Source: Thermodesulfobacteriota bacterium | Lineage (GTDB): Bacteria > Desulfobacterota > Desulfobulbia > Desulfobulbales > SURF-16 | Direction of reading: 5' to 3' | Length of the DNA stretch: 64,000 bases | Assembly (NCBI GenBank): GCA_040755455.1 | Contig: JBFMAY010000002.1 | Coordinates: 96,001 to 160,000 of the forward strand | Shown here: piece after piece, positions 51,234 to 60,565 of the stretch | Numbering within the stretch: the stretch's first letter is position 1 | How the letters are laid out: every line of letters begins with the position of its first letter | Translations under genes and position numbers: made by a program | Notes under the pieces: generated by a model | What the model saw: the letters and a program-made list of their open reading frames with translations, nothing else | Told to the model about the DNA's origin: nothing | Databases searched by the model: none

Positions 51234-51489
51234 TTGTGCCTATTTGCTTCCAAGTAATTCTACAGACCTGTATATCACCCGAGATTGGATGATATACAGA
51301 AAAACAACTAACAACTATATGGTCTTGCGATACTAATCACATCCAAAAAAAATTGCCAAAAAATAATTAAATCCTGCATTTTTTCCAACTCAACATCATC
51401 CCATCATGGGCAATATGCGGTTTACCCATGTCAGCGATGGTAAAAATGCTGCACAAAAAAAGCTCCGCTCACTTGCACGGCGGCACCCG

Positions 51490-51516
51490 GATCGCGGGTT
51501 GCCGCAACCCGCGATC
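51490..51516. repeat. Perfect 13-bp inverted repeat
   Basis: gatcgcgggttgc-c-gcaacccgcgatc. Confidence 0.6.
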
Positions 51517-51562
51517 ATCCTCGGCGCGTGACTATCTGCTCATCTGTTCACCAAAAAGAAAA

Positions 51563-51588
51563 AGGGCACCCACAAGGGGTGCCCCTAC
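51563..51588 (-). repeat. GTAG-type REP element
   Basis: Minus strand GTAG-GGGCACCC-cttgt-GGGTGCCC. Confidence 0.7.
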
Positions 51589-51607
51589 CCGCCTTCATAC
51601 CCCCTTG

Positions 51608-52900
51608 CTATAATGCGGCTTGCCGCAGAATCCAGAACAATACGCCGCCGATGAGGGCGAAGCAGCAGCAGGGCGCCACCAGCCTGCGCCAGGCCCGGGC
51701 CAGGTCGGTCCCGAAAAATTCACAGGTGAGGACAAAACAGATGTGGATGGGGGAAATCATCACCCCGGTGAATCCGGCAAAGGAGGCCAGGACAAGATAG
51801 GGGATCATCAGCTCGCGCATGTTCAGGGCATCGAGCAGGCCGAGCAGCAGCGGAAAGGTCGCGCCGACAAAGGCCACATTGATGCCTGACACCATGCCCA
51901 CCAGAAACGGCAGAAAGACCGCGGCGGCAAAAAGGGCGATGCCGTCCCCGGCGGACAGGGCCATGGCGTCCACCACCCCGGCGGCCTGCATGACATCCTT
52001 GAAAATAAAGATGGCGGCAACGACAAAGAGCATGGCCCGCAGGCTTTTCTTGATAAGAACATCAAACAGAAAGGCCGCGCCAAGCCGGTTCTGGCCCATG
52101 ATGCAGACCACGGCCGCAAGCAGCGCGGCAATCACCCCCCACTCAAAGGGCACGGCCGGGGCCCAGGCGGAAATGCCGGCCTCAAGGCCCACGGCCCCGG
52201 CAATGGCCACCAGCAGAGGCGCCCCCTCCCGCAGGGCGGCGCCGATCCGGCGGGGCGCGGCCGAAGGGGCCACGACCAGATCGGCGCTGGCCAGCACGCC
52301 GGGCCGCAGATAAAAAAACCAGCCCAGGGCAAACATGGCGACGACGCCCGGCCAGGTGCGGGAAATAAAGGTAACAATGGGGATATCGGCCAGGGCCACG
52401 GTGAGGATGATGCCCGGATAAAGCGGCCAGGCCAGCTCCCACACATGACGGAACCAGTAATTGATCACGGCCCGGTCCGCGTTTTTAAGCGCCATCTCCG
52501 CGGACACGGCCTTGACCATGGGGGCGGAGAAAACCGCGCCGCCGGGCATGGGCAACAGCCCGATGAGCGCCGGGAAGAAGACCAGCCGCCAGCGGGGACT
52601 GGTCAGATAGCCGGACAGGGCGTCCATGAGCCGGCGCGACTGGCCGGAGCGCTCCAGGGCATCGGAGAGGATAAGGATCAGCCCGACAATGGCGGCCAGA
52701 AAGAGGAACTTCTCTTTAATCAAGGCAGCGGCGGCCACCCGGAGCAAGGGCACGGGGCCGACATAGAAGAGAAAACCCATGGCCGCCCCGCCCGCCAGGA
52801 TGGACAGGCCGAGGCCGATCTTGAGGCGGATGCCCAGCAGAATGAGGGCAAAGGCGCCGAGCACCTTTACAAAGGGAAGTGATGCGTTCAACCAGTCCAT
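51608..52900 (-). CDS. DUF401-family membrane transporter-like protein
   Basis: PALIGLLPMPGGAVFSAP, NYWFRHVWE, WPLYPG, SPIHICFVLT; many TM helices; start at MDWLNAS. Confidence 0.8.
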   Translation of the reverse strand: MDWLNASLPFVKVLGAFALILLGIRLKIGLGLSILAGGAAMGFLFYVGPVPLLRVAAAALIKEKFLFLAAIVGLILILSDALERSGQSRRLMDALSGYLTSPRWRLVFFPALIGLLPMPGGAVFSAPMVKAVSAEMALKNADRAVINYWFRHVWELAWPLYPGIILTVALADIPIVTFISRTWPGVVAMFALGWFFYLRPGVLASADLVVAPSAAPRRIGAALREGAPLLVAIAGAVGLEAGISAWAPAVPFEWGVIAALLAAVVCIMGQNRLGAAFLFDVLIKKSLRAMLFVVAAIFIFKDVMQAAGVVDAMALSAGDGIALFAAAVFLPFLVGMVSGINVAFVGATFPLLLGLLDALNMRELMIPYLVLASFAGFTGVMISPIHICFVLTCEFFGTDLARAWRRLVAPCCCFALIGGVLFWILRQAAL

Positions 52901-53240
52901 TGCCAGAGGCACCGAAAAAAAATTGCCGCCCATACGATTTCCCATGACATCTCGCGTGCCGCCAAGTATGCACAACAGCCTGGTGCCTGATGAAATCAGC
53001 CTGCCGCAATTTACCCACGCCGGGGAAAAGATTACTACAAAAAAAATGCGGCTGATGGTAAAAAAGACGAAATAATCCGCCGGGAAACGGCTGGACTCTT
53101 TGCCGCGTGTAGCAGTAGAATAGCTGCACATAACTATTGGCCCGGCCACTGACCTGTTTTCGCATGAGGCGGCGCAGGCTGCGGTTTTCAAGCCCCCTGC
53201 CCGAATTATGCCTTATGCCTTTTAACCAAAGGAGACTGCC

Positions 53241-53516
53241 ATGGTGACTTCCATTATTCTGATGAATGTTGAGCGATCAAAAATAAATGAAACAGCGGAA
53301 AGGCTGGCGGAGACCGAGGGGATCTCCGAAGTGTATTCGGTGAGCGGCAATTATGATCTGGTGGCCATTATCCGGGTCCGCTCCAACGAGGACCTGTCCG
53401 ATCTGGTGACGAACCGCCTGCTGAAAATCAATGCCATCCTGAAGACGGAAACCATGCTCGCCTTCAAGGCCTTCTCCCGCCATGACCTGGACGCCATGTT
53501 CGCCATCGGCCTGTAA
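53241..53516 (+). CDS. Stand-alone Lrp/AsnC ligand-binding (RAM) domain protein
   Basis: EVYSVSGNYDLVAI, KTETML; AAGGAG SD. Confidence 0.88.
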   Translation: MVTSIILMNVERSKINETAERLAETEGISEVYSVSGNYDLVAIIRVRSNEDLSDLVTNRLLKINAILKTETMLAFKAFSRHDLDAMFAIGL

Positions 53517-53554
53517 CGCACCCCGGACAGGCTTGAAAATTCTTTGGGCCCGTG

Positions 53555-54088
53555 CTATGCCGGCCGGCGGAAATCCGCCGCGTCCAGCCCGGCCAGGATC
53601 GCGGCGCAGACATCTTCGGGTGACCGGCGCCGGCAGTCAATGCGGATCTCGGCATACTTTTGATACAGAGCGGAGCGCTCCGCGAACAGGTCCGCCAGGC
53701 TCTGCTCCGGCCGCTTGACCAGCCCTCGGGTGTCGAAATCATCGATCCGGGTCCGCAGGGTCGGCAGATCAAGCTCAAGCAGCACGATCACGCCGCTTTG
53801 CTTGAGGTGGGTCATGGCCGCCTGGCTGTAAACCGCGCTGCCGCCGGTGGCGATGACGTGATTGACGCAGTGGAGATCCAGCAGGATTTGTTCCTCGATC
53901 CGGCGCAGGGCGAGATAGCCCTCGCGGTTGACGATATCCTGCAGGGAGCGGCCCTGGACCGCGGCGCGGATGAGGGCGTCGGTATCAATGAAGGACAGCG
54001 CCGCGCGCTCGGCCAGGAGACGGCCGACGGAAGACTTGCCCGCGCCGGGCATGCCGATCAGCACAATATTTGAGCGGGGTTCAGACAT
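53555..54088 (-). CDS. aroK: Shikimate kinase
   Basis: LIGMPGAGKSSVG, DTD, IATGGSAV, ERSALY. Confidence 0.9.
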   Translation of the reverse strand: MSEPRSNIVLIGMPGAGKSSVGRLLAERAALSFIDTDALIRAAVQGRSLQDIVNREGYLALRRIEEQILLDLHCVNHVIATGGSAVYSQAAMTHLKQSGVIVLLELDLPTLRTRIDDFDTRGLVKRPEQSLADLFAERSALYQKYAEIRIDCRRRSPEDVCAAILAGLDAADFRRPA

Positions 54089-54119
54089 AAGATAGGGGTA
54101 AGGCAAACGGAGAATCTTG

Positions 54120-54383
54120 TCAACAGCGATCATCGCCCCGGTGCCAGATCAGCTGCCCGTCCTTGAAGACCTGCCGCACCCGGTGAAAGGGGATCGAACT
54201 TGCTTCTCCGTCAGGGCCATAGAGAAGAAAGGAAAAATGGTCGCCGGGAACCAACTCCACCAGCCGGAAAGGGACCCTGATGATGTCATCGGCAATCCGG
54301 TCGTAATAGCCGATCGCGAAACTCCCCCGGCCAAACTCTTTGTCCCAGATGATTCTGTTGAGCAGTTCCTGGATGGGTATCAT
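54120..54383 (-). CDS. DUF504 / MJ1316-like small protein
   Basis: LNRIIWD, IGYYDR, IPFHRV, GQLIW. Confidence 0.8.
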   Translation of the reverse strand: MIPIQELLNRIIWDKEFGRGSFAIGYYDRIADDIIRVPFRLVELVPGDHFSFLLYGPDGEASSIPFHRVRQVFKDGQLIWHRGDDRC

Positions 54384-54438
54384 CTGTTTAGGATTTCATG
54401 GCCGGACCATGCCCGCACAGGAGGTTTTCCCCCCGCCT

Positions 54439-54795
54439 TCACTTATTCTGCGCCTCTTTCGAAGCTTTCTCACAGATGATCCTGGCGCCGTCCGGAAAGG
54501 CGATAAGCAAGGATTCCCCGCGAAAATTGTAATAATAATTCACCGGCCCGTAGGGCCCCTGCACCCGGATCGCGCCGGTCACCACGGTGTACTGGGTCCT
54601 CTCGCCGTCTAAATCAAAATTTTCCTTGTCAATAACCAGCGTGGCCTTCTGCCCGGCTGCGCTCACGCACTGCCAGACCCCCATGACTCTTTGCACACCA
54701 TGCTGGTACTGCGCGGCAAAAACCTTTGGACCGGCAAAAAATATAACCTGTGTGCTGACAATACCGGACACAAGCGTTTTTATAATAAATTTCAT
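54439..54795 (-). CDS. Hypothetical exported protein
   Basis: Signal-like N-terminus ending VFA; GVW lipocalin-like start; AAGGA SD. Confidence 0.6.
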   Translation of the reverse strand: MKFIIKTLVSGIVSTQVIFFAGPKVFAAQYQHGVQRVMGVWQCVSAAGQKATLVIDKENFDLDGERTQYTVVTGAIRVQGPYGPVNYYYNFRGESLLIAFPDGARIICEKASKEAQNK

Positions 54796-55080
54796 GACAT
54801 CCTTATAAGCCGATTTATGAGGTTCAAAGCAACTCCTGACTATCAGCCGCCAGGCTCCATTCTTGCGGTTCATGCTGCCCGTTGGCGGTCCGGTCGAAGT
54901 CTAGCATGAACCCACGCCGGATGGCAAGAGGGTTGTCATGGGAACGGCAAAGAAAATGCGTAGTAAAAATAAAAAAATAGCGCGAAATCGCAAATTGCGG
55001 TTTGCACAAAAACGCGATCCGCAAATTTGCACAAGTTGCCGTCCTTGGCCGGAAGGCGGCGGAAAACACATTGCCGCGCA

Positions 55081-56382
55081 TCACCCCACCCACAGGTGGC
55101 AGATAATCACCGAGGCGATGATGCCCGCCGCATCGGCACAGAGGGCGGCGGGCAGGGCGTGGCGGGTTCTTCTGATACCCACGCTGCCGAAATAAACGGC
55201 CAGCACGTAAAAGGTGGTTTCCGTGGAGCCCTGGATGGTGCCGACCAACAGGGAAAGGAAACTGTCCGGGTCCTTGGTGACGATCTCACTCATGATGCCA
55301 AACGAGCCGCTGCCGGACAGGGGTCGCATGAGGGCAACAGTGAGGGCCTCGGCCGGCATGCCCACCGCCTCGGTGAGGGGTGACAGCACCCTGATCATGA
55401 TATCCATGGCCCCGCTGGCCCGGAACATGCCGATGGCGACAAAAATCGCCACCATGAAAGGAATGATGCGCACGGCGGTGGAAAATCCCTCCTTGGCGCC
55501 GTCAGTCAGGGTTTCGTAAATTTTCACCCCCCGCCAGTAGCCGAAAATGAGCAAGACGGAGATGAGCACGGGAATCAGCCAGCTTGAGATGGCGTTCAGG
55601 TTGTCGGCCGAGCCGAGAGAGACCGGCGGGGCCGTCCACCATTGATAGAGCACCCCGCCGGCAAAGGCGGCGATAAGCAGCCAGATGAAGATCCGGCCGC
55701 CTCTGCCCGGGGGCATGAGGTCGGCATGCTCCTCGCCGTTTCGCTCTTCTTCGCCGTCGGCTTTTTCATAGGGCGCGGCCTGCACCAGCTCATGCCTGCC
55801 GGCCAGCATCTTGGCCATGACGATGGCCACAAAGGTGGAACAGAGGGTGGCGACCAGGGTCGGGACCAGCACGGCGGCCGGACTGGCGGCATTGGCCGCG
55901 GCCCGCACCGTGATCACCCCCAGGGGGAGCAGGGTGACGCTTGAGGTGTTGATGGCCAGGAAAAGACACATGGCATTGGTGGCCGTGCCCTTTTCCGGCG
56001 AGAGCTTGTCAAGTTCCTGCATGGCCTTGATGCCCATGGGCGTGGCCGCATTGCCCAGGCCGAGGGCATTGGCCGCCATGTTCATGATCATGGCGCTCAT
56101 GGCCGGATGATCAGGGGGCACATCCGGAAAAAGACGCACCATGACGGGCCGCACCCAGCCGGCGACGATTTTCATCAGGCCGCCGGCCTCGGCGACCTTC
56201 ATGATGCCGAGCCACAGGGCCATGGGCCCCATGAGGCCGATGGCCAGGGTGACCGCCCCTTTTGCCGATTCAAAAGAGGCCTTGGTGACTTCATCCATCC
56301 TGCCGGTATAGGCGGCGGTCACGGTGGCGATGAGCACCATGGAAAGCCATATGATGTTGATGGCTGAGGGTTTCTGCTTCAT
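55081..56382 (-). CDS. Fused SpmA/SpmB (Gate-domain) membrane protein
   Basis: LWLGIMKVAE, ANALGLGNAATPMGIKAM (SpmA); RPLSGSGS, GSTETTFYVLAVYFG (SpmB). Confidence 0.9.
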   Translation of the reverse strand: MKQKPSAINIIWLSMVLIATVTAAYTGRMDEVTKASFESAKGAVTLAIGLMGPMALWLGIMKVAEAGGLMKIVAGWVRPVMVRLFPDVPPDHPAMSAMIMNMAANALGLGNAATPMGIKAMQELDKLSPEKGTATNAMCLFLAINTSSVTLLPLGVITVRAAANAASPAAVLVPTLVATLCSTFVAIVMAKMLAGRHELVQAAPYEKADGEEERNGEEHADLMPPGRGGRIFIWLLIAAFAGGVLYQWWTAPPVSLGSADNLNAISSWLIPVLISVLLIFGYWRGVKIYETLTDGAKEGFSTAVRIIPFMVAIFVAIGMFRASGAMDIMIRVLSPLTEAVGMPAEALTVALMRPLSGSGSFGIMSEIVTKDPDSFLSLLVGTIQGSTETTFYVLAVYFGSVGIRRTRHALPAALCADAAGIIASVIICHLWVG

Positions 56383-56566
56383 GCAGGCGCTCCGGTTTGT
56401 TTTTGCCGGGATTTCCCGGCTGCCGCGCACCAGCCGGGCGCAACACCGACGGCGCGGCGGCGGCAGCCGTTTGATTCGTGTGCCATACCATACGCAAAAT
56501 ATCGCCTGACGGCAAACTATTCATGTGGATTTTCAAGAGGAGCGGTACCGTGGGGGGGGAGAGCAA

Positions 56567-56959
56567 TCAGGTGACGGTGTCCAGCAGCAGCCCGCTCTGG
56601 GCGGTGGGGCCGGCGGCGAGCAATTCGTCCACCTTGCCCGTCACGTCAACGGAGCGGCCGGTCTGGCTGTCAACCAGACGGACGGCAGACAGATCGCCCT
56701 CGGAGGAGAGCTCAAATTGGGTTTCAGGCCGGCCCAACTGGTCAAGTTTGTTGTTGAGTTCGCGGATCTTGGACTCCAGCTCCCGCCGGGTCCTGGTTGT
56801 TTCAATGGTCTTCTGGATGGTGGTTTTTTTGAAAATCTCCGTCTGGGCGCCCTGTTCCTGGGTCACCTGCCTGGAAACCAGAACCTGACTGCTGCGCTCA
56901 TACTCCCTGGTTCTGCTGAGCTGGCCTGAACTGGATAAGGTAGCATCTATCGCTTTCAT
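56567..56959 (-). CDS. Hypothetical protein, FlaG-like
   Basis: Coiled helix, F-x-L...VRLVDSQTG, C-terminal GLLLD as in FlaG. Confidence 0.55.
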   Translation of the reverse strand: MKAIDATLSSSGQLSRTREYERSSQVLVSRQVTQEQGAQTEIFKKTTIQKTIETTRTRRELESKIRELNNKLDQLGRPETQFELSSEGDLSAVRLVDSQTGRSVDVTGKVDELLAAGPTAQSGLLLDTVT

Positions 56960-57108
56960 ACAGGAGCCTTCACCGATTTTAAATGAGCTTAAGCTTGACC
57001 ACGCTTGCGCTTTTATCTTATAAAGCCGGGGACAGCCATGTCAACCGATGTTCATTTTTAGATTTTAGCCATGAAACCCTGCAAGGTCAATACACCGCCT
57101 GGAAAATT

Positions 57109-57666
57109 ATGGAACCCGTCACCCTCATTTTCATAGCCCTGGCCCTGGCCATGGACGCCTTTGCCGTGGCCCTGGCCGCCGGCGTGGCCCTTCACCCGGT
57201 GAGCAAGAGGCAGCTCTTCCGCCTCGGCTTCCACTTCGGCCTTTTCCAGGGCCTCATGCCGATCATCGGCTGGCTGGCCGGTCTCAGCGTGCAGAGCATG
57301 ATCAGCGCCTATGACCACTGGCTGGCCTTCGGCCTGCTCTTTTTTGTCGGCGGCAAAATGATCTATGAGGCCTTTGCCGATGACGAGGAAAAAGAGAAAA
57401 CCGATCCCACCCGGGGCGCCACCATGGTCATGCTCTCCATTGCCACCAGCATCGACGCCCTGGCGGTGGGGCTGTCGCTCGCCGTCATCGGCGTCAATAT
57501 CTGGACCCCGGCCCTGGTCATCGCCGTGACCGCCTCGACCCTGACCGTGGCCGGCATGCTGCTGGGCGGCAAAATCGGCATGATCTGGGGCAAACGGGTG
57601 GAGGTGCTGGGCGGCCTGCTGCTCATCGGCATCGGCCTGAAAATCCTCGGGGAGCACCTGCTGTAG
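57109..57666 (+). CDS. mntP: Manganese efflux pump MntP
   Basis: LAMDAFAVA, FQGLMP, DHW, ATSIDALAVG. Confidence 0.92.
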   Translation: MEPVTLIFIALALAMDAFAVALAAGVALHPVSKRQLFRLGFHFGLFQGLMPIIGWLAGLSVQSMISAYDHWLAFGLLFFVGGKMIYEAFADDEEKEKTDPTRGATMVMLSIATSIDALAVGLSLAVIGVNIWTPALVIAVTASTLTVAGMLLGGKIGMIWGKRVEVLGGLLLIGIGLKILGEHLL

Positions 57667-57851
57667 CCTCACCTTGCCGCAGCGGCCCCGGCAACCTGTC
57701 GTCATTTGCCAACACCTTGCCGCAAAAGGGCTGGCAGGAAAAAATAGTATTGCGGTTTCCATGCAAATGATCTTGCACCGGCCCCGCCGACATATTATAA
57801 ACCATGTGAAAGCGTCCCCCCTTCAAGAATCCCAATCAAAAGGAGTAGAGT

Positions 57852-58259
57852 ATGCAGCGACGGTTCATGAAATCCATCAGTTTTTTTCTTATCTTTTCCT
57901 TCCTGTTGCTTGATTTTACCGTGCAGAAGGCCAAGGCGGAGATGATCGACACCGCTACCATCGTCACCATGGCCAAGCAGGAAAACAACCGGGCCCGGGT
58001 CATGGCCTTTCTGGACCGGCAGGACGTGCAGCTGGCCATGGAGCAGCAGGGTGTTGTCGCGGATGAGGCCAGGCAGCGGGTTGCCGCCCTGTCCGATAGC
58101 GAGATAATGCAGATTGCCAGGGCAATGGACCAGTTGCCCGCCGGCGGTGACGGTATAGGCGTGGTAATCGGCGCCGCGGTGCTGATCTTTGTCATCCTGC
58201 TCATTACCGACATTGCCGGCCTGACCCACGTCTTTTCCTTCGTCAATCACCGCAGATAA
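57852..58259 (+). CDS. PA2779-like exported small protein
   Basis: Signal peptide ending AKA, A-x-x-RVAALSD-x-E, LPAGG, very hydrophobic C-terminus with LLITDI. Confidence 0.8.
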   Translation: MQRRFMKSISFFLIFSFLLLDFTVQKAKAEMIDTATIVTMAKQENNRARVMAFLDRQDVQLAMEQQGVVADEARQRVAALSDSEIMQIARAMDQLPAGGDGIGVVIGAAVLIFVILLITDIAGLTHVFSFVNHRR

Positions 58260-58264
58260 CCGCC

Positions 58265-59257
58265 ATGGCCGCCATTCTCCACGCCGGCGGCAGAACGGCT
58301 GCCGGCCTGCTGCTTGTCATGTGTCTGCTGGCCCTCTCCGGCTGCGGAGCACTGTCCCAAAAGCCCGGCCCATGGACCGATGCCGCGCCAGAGCGGGTGG
58401 CGATCGCCGATGTGCCGTTCTTTGCCCAGGAGCAGTATCAGTGCGGCCCGGCGGCCATGGCCATGGCCCTGGGCTGGAGCGGGGTGAAGCTCACCCCTGA
58501 CGAGCTTGCCCCGGAGGTGTACACCCCGGGCCTGGAGGGCAGCCTGCAGTCCGCCCTGGTCGGCGCGGCCCGGCGCCATGGGCGGATCGCCTACCCCATC
58601 TCCGGCACGGAGGTCCTGCTGACCGAGCTTGCCGCCCAGCACCCGGTCATCGTGCTGGTCAATCAGAGTTTCGCCTGGTACCCCAAGTGGCATTACGCCG
58701 TGGCCATCGGCTACGACCGGCCGGCCGGGGAAATCATCCTCCATTCCGGCGCCACGGAGGGTGAACGGCTTTCCCTGCGGGTTTTCAACAATATCTGGCA
58801 GCGCGGCGACTATTGGGGGCTGCTGGTCCTGCCGCCCGGCAAGCTGCCGGCCACTGTCGGCGAGGATGCCTGGCTTGAGGCGGTGCTCGGCCTTGAACGG
58901 GCGGGCCGGACCGAGGCCGCGATCATTGCCTTTGAGGCCGCGGTGCAAAAATGGCCGGCGAATTTCTCCGCCTGGATGGGACTCGGCAACAACCGCTACA
59001 AGGCCGATGACATGGCCGCAGCCGCCAAGGCCTTTGAGCAGGCGGTGCGGCTCGATCCCAAGTCCGGGCCGGCCCTGAACAATCTGGCCTATGTCCTGTG
59101 GACCCTGGGACGGCGCAATGAGGCGCTGAAGTTCGCGCGACAGGCGGTCGCCCTCGGCGGCCCGCTCCAGGAAAAATTCCAGAAGACCTTGAGCGAAATC
59201 GAAAACAACCCCAGCCCATACTCCCAGGAAAAACCCAGGAAAGGCCTGGTCAAATAA
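58265..59257 (+). CDS. PA2778-like C39-type cysteine peptidase lipoprotein with TPR
   Basis: Lipobox LSGC; VPFFAQ, QCGPAA (catalytic Cys), WHYAVAIGYD (His); TPR helices ending NNLA. Confidence 0.85.
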   Translation: MAAILHAGGRTAAGLLLVMCLLALSGCGALSQKPGPWTDAAPERVAIADVPFFAQEQYQCGPAAMAMALGWSGVKLTPDELAPEVYTPGLEGSLQSALVGAARRHGRIAYPISGTEVLLTELAAQHPVIVLVNQSFAWYPKWHYAVAIGYDRPAGEIILHSGATEGERLSLRVFNNIWQRGDYWGLLVLPPGKLPATVGEDAWLEAVLGLERAGRTEAAIIAFEAAVQKWPANFSAWMGLGNNRYKADDMAAAAKAFEQAVRLDPKSGPALNNLAYVLWTLGRRNEALKFARQAVALGGPLQEKFQKTLSEIENNPSPYSQEKPRKGLVK

Positions 59258-59534
59258 GAAGGAGCTGCGCCGCACCGATCAGCTCCTTCTTTCTGGCCAG
59301 CGGCATCCTCTTTAACTGATATTCCCGTTTTGCCGCCGCCGAGCGCGATGGGGCCGGTTCCGCATAGACCAGTTGCACCGGCCGGCGGGAGCGGGTATAT
59401 CTGGCCCCGCCTTTAAGAGAATTATGTTCCCGGATGCGTCTGGCCAGGTTTCTGGCAATGCCGGTGTAATAGGTGCCGTCCCGGCAACAGACGATGTAGA
59501 CATGCCAGCTGTTTTCTTCTTTTTTCATCATCAT
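59250..59534 (-). CDS. GIY-YIG nuclease (YhbQ/UPF0213-like)
   Basis: VYIV...YYTGI, RIREHN, GARYTRSRRP, REYQLK. Confidence 0.9.
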   Translation of the reverse strand: MMMKKEENSWHVYIVCCRDGTYYTGIARNLARRIREHNSLKGGARYTRSRRPVQLVYAEPAPSRSAAAKREYQLKRMPLARKKELIGAAQLLLI

Positions 59535-59632
59535 CACAACGGCCATGGCCCGGCCATGCTAATATTTCCGGCGCGGTGAACTCTTGGCACCGGCCAGACC
59601 CGCTCCCGGCCCATCGCAGGCGGGATGGCAGA

Positions 59633-60091
59633 TCACTCGGCGAGGCGGGATCTGGCCTGCAATTTTGCCTCGATCAGCTGCTTATGGGTCAAGCGCAGCA
59701 GATTTGCCAGCTTATGGGCAAAATGATCCTCATGGGCCTCAAGCCGGCCGTCCGCGAAAATGATACGCCACACCGCCTCCATCACCGTCATCTTCTCCGC
59801 CTGGCTATAATGCTGATTCATCTGGTTGGTGAATTGCCAGAGGTCAATGGCCTTGTCCCGTTCCGCGCCGGCAAGGGCGACCAGCTCCTCCACATATTGC
59901 GGGGCAAGATTGAATTCAGAGCGGAGGGTATTGATCACATGGGCCATTTCCTCCCCGGTGCACTCATCGTCAACATGGGCGGCTTCAAGCAGCAGGACAG
60001 CCGCGGCAAAATGGATATTGTCTTCCACCCCTTTGCCCCGCCCCTGCCCGGCTGCTCCGCCGCCGATAATTTTTTTTATAAGCGCAAACAT
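59633..60091 (-). CDS. TerB-family protein
   Basis: LLLEAAHVDD...EE, W-x-x-x-FADG-x-L-x-x-HED. Confidence 0.85.
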   Translation of the reverse strand: MFALIKKIIGGGAAGQGRGKGVEDNIHFAAAVLLLEAAHVDDECTGEEMAHVINTLRSEFNLAPQYVEELVALAGAERDKAIDLWQFTNQMNQHYSQAEKMTVMEAVWRIIFADGRLEAHEDHFAHKLANLLRLTHKQLIEAKLQARSRLAE

Positions 60092-60255
60092 GCTTCTCCT
60101 TTATGGTGCCAGCTGTCCGTCCTGGCCACTGCAAGTCCCGGCCGGGGATCCGGCCCGCAGGGATATTTTTTGCCCATCATGCGTGAAATATTGACAGCAA
60201 ACAATAATTTTGCTTGCCTGTAATTATCAATCAACCCATTTGAGGCTCTCAACCT

Positions 60256-60537
60256 ATGACTCTGACCAAAGCGGACTTAATCAGTAAAATTCACATGTCC
60301 CACAATTTATCCAAGACCCGGGCCGGGGAAATTGTGGAAACATTTCTTGCAATCAGCAAAAACTGCCTGGCCGGCGGCGACGATCTCCTGCTCAGCGGCT
60401 TCGGCAAATTCCGCGTCAAAGGCAAAAAAGCCAGGCGGGGCCGCAATCCCAAGACAGGCGAAGAGATGGTGCTGGAGGCAAGAAGGGTGGTCACCTTTCA
60501 CCCGTCAGGCCATCTGCGGGACCGGATCAAAGGCTGA
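60256..60537 (+). CDS. ihfA: Integration host factor alpha-like protein
   Basis: LTKADL, SGFGKF, GRNPKTGE, RRVVTF. Confidence 0.85.
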   Translation: MTLTKADLISKIHMSHNLSKTRAGEIVETFLAISKNCLAGGDDLLLSGFGKFRVKGKKARRGRNPKTGEEMVLEARRVVTFHPSGHLRDRIKG

Positions 60538-60565
60538 TCCCCCGACCCTGCTTTCCGCCCTATTT

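Noticed and set aside
55081..56382. spmAB as evidence of sporulation
   Set aside because: Fused SpmAB homologues are common in non-sporulating Gram-negative bacteria; no other spore genes are present
57000..57108. yybP-ykoY Mn riboswitch expected upstream of mntP
   Set aside because: The conserved GGGGAGUA and CAAGAC elements could not be matched
59250..60091. GIY-YIG plus TerB as an anti-phage system
   Set aside because: Both look like common stand-alone housekeeping forms with host-like composition
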